Origin: Lingula anatina
Taxonomy: Eukaryota > Animalia > Brachiopoda
Assembly: GCA_051362555.1 (NCBI GenBank)
Contig: CM120644.1
Span: forward strand, 23,892,534 to 23,956,533
Length of the DNA: 64,000 bases
Reading direction: 5' to 3'
The stretch's first letter is position 1, and each line of letters starts with the position of its first letter. Below the pieces are notes generated by a model. It was not told the origin of the DNA. It saw only the letters and a list, made by a program, of their open reading frames with translations, and made no database searches. Below are positions 25,771 through 37,381 of the stretch, piece after piece. A program made the translations under genes and the position numbers.

Positions 25771-27341
25771 GCGACGCATTGTTATACATTGATCCTCTTA
25801 CTTCCTATCCATTACTTCCGGTGACGTGATATATAGGGCAATCTACATGTATATGCTACTTCCGGACTTGGTTTCTAGATAAATATGGGTGCATTTGGCA
25901 GTGATAAAAGATATGACGGACACTATAGTGTGTTAGTTGCGCCTCATATTTTCTCCTCATAACATCTCTGGGGGAGAAATGCCATTTTTTTTAAAATAAT
26001 AATTGCTCAGTAGTGGAGTGCTGTATAAATGTGAAGGAATATCAACGTATAAACATATATGATCGCATGTAGGCAGACAATTGCATGTTAGATAGAATAA
26101 AGCGTCTCACACGCAATGTAATGCCGTAATATTTGATGCGCTTGACGTCACTAGGCCAGGCATATCTTGAGCAATATCGTTTTAAATCGGTGTTTTAGAG
26201 TAAAGGAAAAAAATCACCAAATAACTTTACTTCGGCACAAATTTCATACAAAAAGATTATTCTAACCACCTATGAAATTTTTAATTTCCCACTTCTTTTG
26301 TCACATAAAAGATCGCATAGCAAAAATAAATGGTTCTCAGCTGTGTTAAAAGAGATGCTTTAAAATAAAATGGTTTGTAAGTGCAATGCGACTTAGAATA
26401 GAGGGTATTTTATCACTCATTATGTTTCTGAAGGCTACAGACATTGACATCATGCACCATTTGTAGAAGCAGTGTTTTATTCCAAGACGTGAATACAAAC
26501 ATTATATGAGAAGCTTAATGAATCAAAGAATTATTATAATTTCAAGCTGTTTTACTCTTTGTGTTTCCTTTCAACCAGCTATGTAAAGGACGACACCAGA
26601 TACTCTTTATCGACACTAAAATTATTGCAATCATGTACTGAAGAAAAATTAATGATTTTTCTGCAAAGCAAATGTCATCCATTTTAGCCAAGAAAATTTT
26701 TCAAGTCGTCCTGTGTGAACCATTGTCAAGTCTTCATTTTGTTCCAGAACTAATATATAATGTGTAGTAGAGCGCCTTTTTCTATTTTGACTTCATCTGT
26801 CCAAATATTCGACCTCAACTTATATTGAACGTTTCCTGCTGTCCACCGGATGCCGATAATTTTACTGAATAAGTTCTGTTTTGTAAATTGTGTTTCATCT
26901 TTCCTAGAAATAATGAAGCCAGAAATAATTAGCAAGCAAGCTAAAGGTGACACGTGTACAGGTAGTTCGAATCTTAGCTCAGTTGGTAAAACATTGCTTT
27001 AAGGTCGAGTGTAACAGATAACTAAACTGTTGTCAATTCCTGTATTTCACGCCTATGATTAAAAGTAAAAATAACATATCTTCCTATTTCTTGACTTGGG
27101 TAAAATGTTTGGTAAAATATTTGCAATATACACAATTGTCACCCAAGACTCCATAGACTAACGGAGTTCAACTTGGATGATTCAGGACCCAAGACGTCAC
27201 AGTTATTGAAATATTGAAAAAAATGTCATGAATAGCAGGAAATCGTCCTGTTTCAAATTTGATCTGTATTTAAGGATAAGGATGAGTAATTTTTCATAAC
27301 GAAACCTGATGAAATGCTAACGAACCTAGCTTAAGTAGTCC

Positions 27342-27374
<33 letters not shown>

Positions 27375-27490
27375 TATCCGGAATATGTTCTACCTACAAT
27401 ATATCATATATAAAGCAATATACATTGTATATAATGTATAAAGTTAAATTGTTGGTGGCATCCAAAACGCCAATGTTACTTACATAGCTT

Positions 27491-28218
27491 CTAATATCGC
27501 AGACAGGTCTGCAGATTCTCCTTGAACACAGTCTCGGCGGGGCAGGGTCTGAGTGTGGCTACCCCCTGACTGTCACACTGCCAGTAACATGTCTTGTCAC
27601 CATCGTAAGCAAAGTACAGCTTTTTACTCGGTCCGTAGGTGACGGGTTCAATTCTGTAGCTGAAAGGTTTTGAAGACCAAGTGATGATAATATGTAATAA
27701 TGGTGCAATTGTAGTGCACTTGTGCGAACTTTACATATAATGGGTCTGTTTGCTGAATTGCAGTGTATCAAGAACCACATCAATATTCGTTTTTCTCCAA
27801 ACATTCACTTTTATCTATAGTTATATTTAGTTATATTCCTAGACGGAGCGATCTCAGGTTACACAAATCTTATGCACCGTGAAGCAAATATTTTCGTCTT
27901 GTGAACGTCCCACTGATCCAAAGCCGAGATTTTCTTTTACATGGTATTTTCAGTGCTGTCCCAACACCATAATTAGGCTATACATTTGGTGCGTGCTATA
28001 TGACCTCTCCTTTTTCTTCCGACTAAGATTTTTTCCGATTTAGAGCACATTCAGAGCAGATGATCCTCGGACTAACTGATTCGCAAGCTTGATATGGCCA
28101 ACCCCAATTAAAAGCGATGTCGCTGAATTTCTGATGGTATCCCTGCATGATATGGGCTTTTTTCTATTAAGAAACTCAAATTTCACCAAAGGTTTGTTTT
28201 GGTGAAAAAAATAACAAA

Positions 28219-28265
<47 letters not shown>

Positions 28266-31074
28266 AAAGAAACCTCTTTGTTCACGAACTGAGAAAATAG
28301 ACGATATCTTATAAACCAACCTGGAATTATGTTCTTAACCATTTGGAGATATGTAGACAATCTGATTCTATCATACTACTTATCTACCGCATTATAAAAT
28401 GTTCCTCTCTGTACAACCGTATTTTGGCGTAGAAGTGCTGTAGGCTTTACTGCATCTGTATAATAAACTTGCTCCACATCACTGCTGCACTAATTCTTTT
28501 TTACGCTACCTCGATACTACTGTATTTTCGCTTGGGTAACCATTGGGATTTTTCACTGGAACCTTTTGGGTAAAAGAACCGCCAGGCAAGTATTCGTCAG
28601 GGCAAACAACTAAAATGCAATAAAATACAAATGTTTTTACCTTTCCCAATAACATGACAAGGAAACCATACGATATTCACCTATACAGAATAAAAATAGG
28701 TTATCGTTTTTTTAACAGTATGTGCCTTTCCTGGTAGGTATAGTTATTGGTATTATTGTCGAAAGATCGGGAATTACTAGGTCATGATTTTGGATATGCT
28801 GAAATTATATGCTGGCATTTGATCGGTTTTTGTGGTAAAAAATTGACTTTTATGTATATTTTTATATATCTTTAAGTGTATATTTTCTGCCACTTGTCGG
28901 GTATGCGCCAATGACCAATAACTACTATTTAACTCTAAAATAGGACAGACAGAAGAGAGAGATAGAGAGAGGAGGGACAGAGATAACGTACATGGTTTAC
29001 TTGAATGATTTGAACCACATCGTCTGCCCATTACCGTAGCACCTGTGCATTGTCTGAAAACAAAGAAATACGCATACTTGTATATTTCCATTTCCTTCCA
29101 GTTTAACACATTTCATATACGTAGATTTGTGAGTTCAATAGTGACATTGACTTTCCAACAGAGAAGTTATTGTGCATTTCATCCAATTCACAGACTGTGA
29201 GCATATATAATCAAAATTATATGGAGCAAAGGTTTATAATTATTCATCATTGTTGTTGTTGCTCAGCCTAAGGTAAAATACGTAAAGAATGAATTCCAAA
29301 CGCAAAGCCAAATGCTACTGCATCTTCAAGTGAACTTCCAGTATAGAGAGTGTATATAAGACCCACTGGTCTTAGTGACTGTCACACATGCAAATAAACA
29401 ATTAAATACTAATTCAGGCCAAGACTGGGTTCCCATCCATAGATCGATCTAACAGGATCGGTCCATCTCCACGGGGACTCTCGCTAAGTTGCTTTCAGCT
29501 CAAGTGGCTTAGACGTCTGTGACGCCTACTAAAGCTGCTATAAAATATATTGCCCCCTATCAGCTTCAGTAGGCGTGACAGACATCTAAACCGCCCAATG
29601 TAATTGCAATTAAGCGAGAATCCCCTTGGAGGTAGTTCGATTCAAAGTTAGTACGATAGGGTCTGGGAATGGCCTCTAAGTCTAGCCCCTTACAAACTTT
29701 TTAATCCATGCGTGCCTCTCCAGAAATTAAATTGGTAATTACACGCTGTAGTATAAGTCTGTGGTAGTACCATATAGGCCTACATGTGTATAGCATATAA
29801 TATCCGCAGGATAACATCACAAACATCCATTCAGATATAATTGAAATATAATAAACAATTCACATTTACCCAGCAGCTAGAAACAGGCATTTTTCTTACT
29901 GAAATGAATATTATACTTAATTTGCCAATTTTTACAGGCTGTATAGTAATCGAAAAGAAAAGCTTTTTGCATTTAGAGCAGCGTTTCATTAATGAAGTAC
30001 GCTGTAAATACAGTGTTTAGCATTTAAATACATACAACACACGTTAGGCACGTATACGCATTTAGAAATATGTGTGAAAGCTAAGCACGTATAGCTTTTC
30101 AAGCGTTTCACAGAAGAAAAAGCTAGACACGTTGGCGGTGTTACACGTTCAGATACGTGTTAAGCTTCACCAGCATATGATTCTATAACAAGTCTATCAC
30201 AAGCTAAGCACATTGGCTAAGCAGTTCCCCTGCTTAGCGCGTGAGGCTGCTAAACATATGGAGCTGCTATAGGTGTGGAAACTCCATGTGGAGCTGCTGA
30301 ACAACACGTTTAGCTTTTCAAGCTTGTCATAGAAAAAATATATACACTTCACAATCCCATGTATACGATCCCATAACAAGTTTATTACAAGACTCAACAA
30401 TTTGGCTTAACACTTCCCCTTGTAAACGTATGGAGCTGTTGGAGGCTTGGAGCAGCCTGCTCGAACGCGTTGTGTCCTTCCTTGCAGTAACGTGTGATTA
30501 TCTAAAATAGGACTATTAAGTAATAATCCAAATAACAAATTAACGACGTTATCAGCTGGTTACATGATAGTGATGGTATAGAATAACGTTATGGTAACGT
30601 TATGGATGTTTTTAACTCCATGCAAAATGATGCCCCTGCGGTTTTATAAGCGTTTTATAACATTCTAGAAAACATTATTTAATGTTTTGAAAACCTTTTT
30701 TATAAATAACCAAAACACGTCTTATGCTGTACTAAGATCTAATATATCCGTTTATTAGATCTTAGTGCTGTATGGACTACAGTTAGCGGTTAATTCCAAA
30801 TTGGGCTTGTTAAATATATGGACTATCTTTACCAAATTAACCAGCATGCGATGAAAGCTTAAATAAACCATTATAGTGAATACCCCACCATCATCCTGAT
30901 GTTCTATTGTTCATTACTTCCGGAAAAAATAAATAGACACCAATACCGTAACGCATTTTATCAAAATATGAAAAAAATAATAGCAGTTAAACGTGACCGT
31001 GACTTCGCTACGACTTAGGAAACTCACAGGTAAGCTGCCACAGCTACAACACAGAGAAACAGAGGAATCTTCAT
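27491..31074 (-). CDS. Secreted ChtBD2-like protein, paralogue B; exons 31028-31074, 28992-29053, 28609-(28510 or 28321), 27491-27659; exon 3 interrupted by a ~200-bp insertion (possible pseudogene or splice-rescued gene)
   Basis: MKIPLFLCVVAVAAY-LQCTGATVMGRRCGSNHSSKP-FVCPDEYLPGGSFTQKVPVKNPNG[insertion]-SYRIEPVTYGPSKKLYFAYDGDKTCYWQCDSQGVATLRPCPAETVFKENLQTCLRY*. Exons 1, 2 and 4 are intact. The insertion carries an in-frame TAG unless the donor at 28509 is used. Confidence 0.7.
28344..28536. mobile_element. 193-bp insertion in exon 3 of paralogue B, flanked by an 8-bp direct repeat
   Basis: TAACCATT at 28336-28343 and 28537-28544. The sequence is absent from exon 3 of A, C and D (all 88 nt). 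Confidence 0.7.
29425..29674. mobile_element. ~250-bp palindromic MITE-like repeat in intron 1 of paralogue B (family also at ~31530-31780, 43272-43500, 44478-44734, 57823-58050, 58988-59236, 53950-54165)
   Basis: ctgggttcccatccatagatcgatc...gtctgggaatgg with internal dyad symmetry. The copy at 31530-31780 is its diverged reverse complement. Confidence 0.65.
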
Positions 31075-31170
31075 CTCTAGAGTTTCCGGCAATCTTCGTT
31101 GATTCCTTTCGCAGTGAACACCACAGCTCTAGCTGATCCCAATAAGTATACATCAGGAGGGTGTCTGTTT

Positions 31171-31227
31171 CCCTTTTATAGGGGATCTTTTAGACCCCTT
31201 CTCTGTAAAACACTCCCTTGGACGTCA
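31171..31227 (-). promoter_or_regulatory. TATA-box core promoter of paralogue B with upstream CRE-like TGACGTCC
   Basis: TATAAAAG (reverse complement of 31173-31180) lies ~100 nt upstream of the ATG at 31074, with TGACGTCC at 31220-31227. Both are conserved in copies C and D. Confidence 0.7.
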
Positions 31228-31891
31228 ATTTCAAGTCTCGGCTCATGTCTGTCCTGAGGTAATTTACAATTTAAATATCGACATCGATGTTGCGTAGGGC
31301 ACAGTCTGGTCTGTTTTATGGCACAGAATATAAAGAAGCGTTAAATGCCGGGAGCTAGATAAAGAAGAAGCAGAAAAACACTTAAAAAACGATTACATAG
31401 TTCGCATTGCCTTTTGTTTTGCCCTTCATGGGCGAACTTCATTTCCTGTGACCGTAGATAAAAATGTCCGCAGATCGTAGTGACGTCCCTCTGTGACTTC
31501 TTTTACATTACAGTCGATAAGGCATTGAGGTACCATTCCCAGACCCGATCGTACTAACTGTGGATCGATCTATCCCCGAGGGGATTCTCGCTTAATTGCA
31601 ACTTAAGCGGTTTAGATGTCTGCCACGCCTGCTGAAGCTGCTATGTGGTAATTAACTATCGTTAAGCAGCTACAGTAGGCCTGCCAGACATCTAAGCCAT
31701 TTAAGCTGAAACAGTTTAGCGACAAACCTCAAGGAGATGGGTGGATCATGTTAGGTCGATCTAGGTATGGGAACCCAGTCTTAGTCTCACATCGGTATCT
31801 TCGGGCTCATTTCCATTGAAACTATCGGTTTTTGTAGATCGATCCAACTCCGCTGGGAATTTCCCTAAATGCAATCAGTTTAATAGATTAA

Positions 31892-32205
31892 AGGGATAAT
31901 TACTCTTCGTTTCGGTCAAAGAATGAATTTTCCTGGAGTAAACAACAATTTTCCCATACTTACCAATGGTTAATAAATCCATTTAGTCCCTGTTTTTTTT
32001 TTTTTTTTTTTTTTTTCTAATGTTTGTTTTTCTGTTAAAATATAGCCATCAATGGAGGTCATGTGGTCTAAAGACAAGTTCAGATATCAGAAAAATAGCT
32101 ATAACTGCCGTTTTTGTGGTAAAACAGAATATATTATATTATTATGAGTTACTCACAATTTTTTTTATTGTGAAATATAGATCTCATACGAAGAGTTATT
32201 ATCCG
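31892..32205. mobile_element. Kolobok-like MITE (same family as 19842-20126, opposite orientation)
   Basis: ttaa-agggataattactcttcg ... cgaagagttattatcc. Orthologous to 44849-45211 and absent at the TTAA site near 59346. Confidence 0.8.
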
Positions 32206-33324
32206 TTTTTCTTTTTCGTGCCGTTCGGTACATGTAGAATCGTAAAAATAGCTGATGAAATAGTAAGTTGAAACCATGCTGTCTTTGTCTTTACATACAG
32301 ATATTAACATACTTTTAACATTTTATTGTCCTGAATATAATTAATGGCCCTAAAATACAGAATCAGTAATTAGACATACAATTTAAAAGCAATTGCACGT
32401 TTCATAACATTGTTAGAGACTTGTGTGTCTTCCGCCGGCCCACTCTGTGTCCTGTGGCAGAAAATATAAATTTCTAACATATTCTGGAGCCGTTTCCGAC
32501 TTTCGTCACTTTACAATCGATCGTTCTGACATTAAGTTACCTTCCTGTAAACATACTAATATCCCCATTGTTACAAGTGCTTGTTACTTAGGGCACATTC
32601 GGAACAAGTTGATCCGAACCACATGAAAGTAAAGCCGCATAATCCCCTAATGACCTCCCCGCCCCCACACATACCTCACTGCATAAGTACAGCGATTTGA
32701 TTTTTTTTTTAAATTTTAATTTGAAAAATTCAACCTCACTTCGATCATGGAGTAGGGAACAAAGCATCAGAACGAATTTTACCCTGTTATGTAGCTCTTG
32801 CGTTGTGTATATGGTGCAACGTTTTTTTTTTTTTTTTTTTCGCTTCTGTTATGTAACTATAAAACAATTGAATAATAAACGTTAATTGGACAATAAAAAA
32901 ACTTTTGCAACCTGTATGCATATATTGTAAAATATGCCAGTATGATTGGGGTAAACAGCCTCACCACTGATGATTTCAATAGGATCTTTACAGTTTTATT
33001 CCTGCTGTAGTCGAGCCTGGGTGACATATTCTGCCCTATTTAAGTATACAATCTTGAAATAAAGGGAGTCATGAAGACTATTGATATTAATAACTTATGG
33101 AACGAACCAACGGAATGGTTCATCCTATTCGTATTCTTACTTAAATAAGATTTTAAAGGACGTTTCTTTGATTTACGTACCGGTGCTTGAATATATATAT
33201 ATCATTATTTTTATTTATATCAAGGTGTGCTACTAGACAAATGTTGAGCATGTAATGTTAGTAAGTGACAGCCACGAATGAACAAGGAGCAGGGAGTGTT
33301 TAGTAGTGTAACTTGACTTGATTG

Positions 33325-33428
33325 ACAATACTGGCATTTGAATGGTTTTTCTCCACTGTGAATCATTTCATGCCGTATACAATTGTTTAATAATAAAACT
33401 CTTATCACAATACTGGCATTTGAATGGC
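33325..33428 (-). pseudogene. C2H2 zinc-finger gene remnant (~1.3 fingers)
   Basis: Reads PFKCQYCDKSF..(frameshift)..NCIRHEMIHSGEKPFKCQYC, near-identical in style to fingers 4-5 of the 47811-49445 ORF. It is fused directly to flank sequence that continues differently in unit D (62088 onward). Confidence 0.8.
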
Positions 33429-33959
33429 TAACCATGGCCTCGTAAAATTCGCTGCTACTATGCACTAACAGCGTCGCTTTCGTTGCACAGTTCTTATAGA
33501 TTATCGCCAGACGTCCAAACTAATATTATTTGTGCACGCAAATTTGATCTGTACAATTTGAGAAAGGCTTTATTATTATTATTATCATTTTTTTTTTTTT
33601 TGTTCCTCAAGCTCCGCCGGCCTCAAAATGGCCAAAATAGAAAATAAAATTGAAACCAATTTTTTTCACCGACGTCCGACTGATCGTACTGTTCGAGAAG
33701 AAACACGAAACCTCTCAAGTTTCACAGGACTCCCGCGTCACATGACTGCCTACAAGTTCAAAACGAAGGGTATTTAAACCAAACTAATCGATTGGTTCAT
33801 ATACCCCAGCCTCCGGTTTTTAAGCCAATCAGTGCTTTGTTGATATTTTTCAATGCATGTGTCAAATTAATGCTACATGGCGGGAAAAGTTTACTTAAAC
33901 AGGAATTTGACCACTGCCGTGTGGCTCAGTGTTATAGTGAAGGAAGGACCAAAGATATT

Positions 33960-34204
33960 CAGGGCCGTAGCCTGAGCAAAATGCCAGGGGGTGGGGGCAG
34001 TAAGCGGACAGGAGGGGGGGAAGGTGTGGGAGGGGGTGTCCCACTCCCACGGTGTGGAAAAATTAAAAAAAACTGTTATATAATACTGCATTCTGGTGCA
34101 TTTTAACTGTTAATCATTTTAACGATTATTTTTTGCACCTCAAATCCCAGGGGGGGGGGGGGGGGCAGATGCCCCCCCCTGCCCCCCCGGAGGCTACGGC
34201 CCTG
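33960..34204. mobile_element. hAT-like MITE, 245 bp
   Basis: TIRs CAGGGCCGTAGCC / GGCTACGGCCCTG with G-rich and C-rich subterminal hairpin. Only 5 bp (ATATT) is duplicated at the flanks, not a clean 8-bp TSD. Confidence 0.7.
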
Positions 34205-35155
34205 ATATTATGCAAAAAGGTCTGTCCGGCCATTGTTACAGACGTTTTAGGCTGTTTTGACTGGTTACTGTCAGAAATGAAAATGTCTACTGCAACACTT
34301 GCCACGTGTGGAAGGTTTCAACAGTGAGCCAGCAGCGCCAGGAGCAAGAAAAGGCCCTGAACTGAATGTAAGAATGCCGGTCACTACTAGATATTGACAT
34401 TAAGTACATTCAGATATAATAACAGTTGGCAGTGAACACCAAAGGAGGCAGGCTCAACTAAAGTCTCCGAGAGCCTCCAAAAACAGAGCCCATTGGATGT
34501 TTTTATGCAGCATTCGCGTACTTCTGAAAGTCTCCGGAAATGATGTGAGTATTTTTTTTCATGGGGGAATCAGATTTTCATTATGTGCACATTTTTAATT
34601 TTCTTATTTTTTCATTAAAATTTTCACCTGAAAACTACAAAAAGTGCCAATGTATCCTCCATTTTACATACTACAAGATCACAGTCATATACTCAAAATA
34701 AAATAAGATTAATGAAGTTTTGTGGAGGGGGAGTCAAATTTTCATGGGGGGAGTCAGATTTTAATCATGAAAATCTGACTGGAGGAGTCAGATTTTCAAG
34801 GGAGTCCGATTTTCATGTTACACCGGGCCTAATCTTGAAGCTTTTCGTGAAATGTCAACTTTTCGTAAATATCCATATTTCACAATAAATACATTGTAAA
34901 CAACTCATGGAAATATCAATATTCTATTACTACCAAAACGGCAGATGACCCAATTATTTGAAAATTGTGCTTGCCATTATGTCACGTGACCTCCATAGCC
35001 AGCTACGCTCTGTGGTAATCTCTTAAGAAAATATTACAAAAAGCACACTTTTTTTTTTAGAAAAAAAGGGACCAACTTTGAATTTGGGGATGGATTCATT
35101 AACCATTGGTTAGTATGGGAAAATTGTCCTTTACCCCAGGAAAATCCATTTTATT

Positions 35156-35186
<31 letters not shown>

Positions 35187-35627
35187 TTTTGACCAAAACG
35201 AAAAGTTGTTATTTCTTTAAATTATAGAATTTCAGGACATTCAGTTAAAAATCATTAAAGTTTTCTTTACACCGTGCTCCTCCAGCTTAAAGTGGTCAGC
35301 TAGCTCAACTTCCTAGAAAGTTTTTTTTTTTTTTTTTTTTTTTTTTGAAAGCTATAGGTAATGTCTCGCAAAGTTTGGGGCTTGTGAAGGAGTTTTTAAA
35401 ATTCCATTAACTGAATTGCAGGCCATTACAATATTGGTTCAATAAAATATTTTCAGTGTAAAGATGCTCCCGTAGTTAAGGTGTATGTGATTCCAGAAAC
35501 GTGACTTTGGAAAACATTGGTGTATTGTTTTCAATATTGCTAAATGTGTGGAACATGAGAATTGCATATAATTGCATGTGGCAGTAGGACAGGTCCAATT
35601 TTATAAACGTCTATCCATTTATTACAG

Positions 35628-37381
35628 ACGCTGTGCCACATGACCACGACAAACTGTTGGAGGGAAGATCCCATAGAGAAGATACAACAGAGGATGCCTT
35701 GAGCTCATTGACAGCACCAACAAAAAGTGGCAGATTCGAAATTGTGCAAGCGGAGACCGCCACAGGTTTAGAAGAAATTCAAGATGAGCGCAGTAAAAGT
35801 AGTACGGGTGATGTGTCTTTGCTTGGTGGCATACGTGATTTACATTTAGCCGCAATAAGAGATAACTATCAGGGTATTAGCAGTCTAATTGATGAAAGGG
35901 TTAGTGTCAATTCACAAAACAACAAGGGCAGAAGTAGTTGACATTTAGCTGCAGAGAAATGCTGCGTAGAGGCTGTCACATGCCTGAATGACAAGGGGGC
36001 TGATAGCAATGTACAAGACAAGGAAGGTAGAAACAGTTTACATTTGGCAGCAGATAATGGGTGCATGGAAGTTGTCACATGCCTAATTGACAAGGGGGTT
36101 CATGTCAATGTACAAGGCAATGAAGGCAGAAGCAGTTTACATTTGACAGCAGAGAATGGGCGCATAAAGGTTGTCACATGCCTTATTGAAAAGGGGGCTG
36201 ATGTCAATGTATTAGACAAGGAAGGTAGAAGTAGGATATGTTTGGCGCTAGAGAACCGTCATAGTAATATTGCCGCCAAGCTGTTTGATGCAGGTGCAGT
36301 ACTACCAGACGAGGGGGATCTTCTTCCCAGTGAAATTAAAAGAGAAATGCGGCGCATAATTCAAGAGGAAGCAAGTGTTTTGGCAAATAAGCACAGTAGT
36401 CTTTGTGGGATAACCATATCTTGCATAGCCAATGGGAGCACTGCAAATTTGGTACCTTATTTTGTGGTTACTTGCAATGACAAAACCCAAAAAGCGAATT
36501 TCCCCAGTAAACTAAGAGGTTATGCCATTCTTGTCAGGGAAGGCTAAGTCACCCTTTTCGGTGGTAATGGGGGCCAATCGGGTGCAGGAGAGACACGTGA
36601 GCTGTCAATAGGTTGTTGTATAGGTTTAAGTGACACATGTGGAAGTCTTGGGGTGTTCACCAACATAGATAAGCCGCGTGGTGCTTTCCGGCCAAGAGCG
36701 ACCAAACCACATGCCTTTTTAACATGTTATCACGTTGTTGGGACTTACGATGATCACGTAGATTCCAAAAAGCAAGGTAAGTCTGGGATCAATAAGGACG
36801 TTTTCGCGAGAAATGTTAATGAGAAGTGGAATTGCGGTATAGTTTGTGATGCTTTTTTCGGAAATTTTCCATGTGAGGATGGTGAAAAGTATGGAATAGA
36901 CGCAGCGCTTATCGGTCTTAAACCCCTAGCCAAAACGAACCTGAGCCATAACACCCAAAGCAACAAAAATATATCATTTCAGTTTGGAGGTTGCTTAGAT
37001 GTCCAAGTATATCGTCTCACAAAGACTGATGTAGTACACAAATTTGGTTGTGCAACACAATATACATCAGGTTATTTCTATGATGATAGCGAATGCATCC
37101 GTATTAACCATTATGATACAGGTCCAATTTAGTTATTTAATATGATAGTGGTATCTAGCGACTCCGATGTACCTTTCAGCAGGAAAGGTGATTCTGGTGC
37201 TGCTGTATATGTAATAAAGAACGGTTTCCCTTATGTCATAGGACTCATAGTTGGAGAACGCGAATGGAAGAATCAAGATGGAAGCAAATGTTTATACACT
37301 TGTCTTTCTAGGATAGTCCCTGCGCTGAAGTCAGTGTCAGCTCAGATTTACGCCATTAGCGAACCAATGGATACTGATTGA
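35628..37381 (+). pseudogene. Ankyrin-repeat / NAL1(Ssy5)-like chymotrypsin-fold serine protease fusion; large exon with three in-frame stops
   Basis: ORFs 35633-35941, 36044-36547, 36653-37132 and 37142-37381 share one frame and join across TGA 35939, TAA 36545 and TAG 37130 (~583 codons). About 5 ankyrin repeats (G.S.LHLAA.NG..EVV..LI.KGADVN..D), then SIGCCIG...CGSLGVF, LTCYHV (His 36731), GIDAALI (Asp 36899), KFGCATQYTSG and FSRKGDSGAAV (Ser 37193). Splice acceptor ttattacag at 35619-35627. Confidence 0.85.

Larger units (their letters stand above)
26085..33430. repeat. Segmental duplication unit B (chitin-binding gene B plus zinc-finger remnant)
   Basis: Co-linear high similarity with 40090-47800 and 54368-62090 across exons, introns and flanks. 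Confidence 0.9.

Noticed and set aside
26964-27012. tRNA-like GTTCGAATC and TAGCTCAGTTGGTA motifs (also ~40980 and ~55218)
   Set aside because: The B-box-like motif precedes the A-box-like motif and no cloverleaf can be formed; at most a SINE remnant.
32423-32626. 67-69-aa ORF 'MCLPPAHSVS...' recurring at 45438 and 59575
   Set aside because: Non-ATG start, no domain or splice support; recurrence is explained by the segmental duplication.
34414-34550. Candidate upstream exon for the ANK-protease gene (donor GTGAGT at 34545)
   Set aside because: The open frame ends in phase 0 whereas the 35628 acceptor needs phase 1, and the phase-1 frame has a TGA just before the donor; it cannot be supported without cDNA.
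35939-35941. Selenocysteine recoding of the TGA in the ANK-protease exon
   Set aside because: The position corresponds to an ankyrin Leu (TTA in sister repeats), and downstream TAA and TAG stops would still terminate translation.
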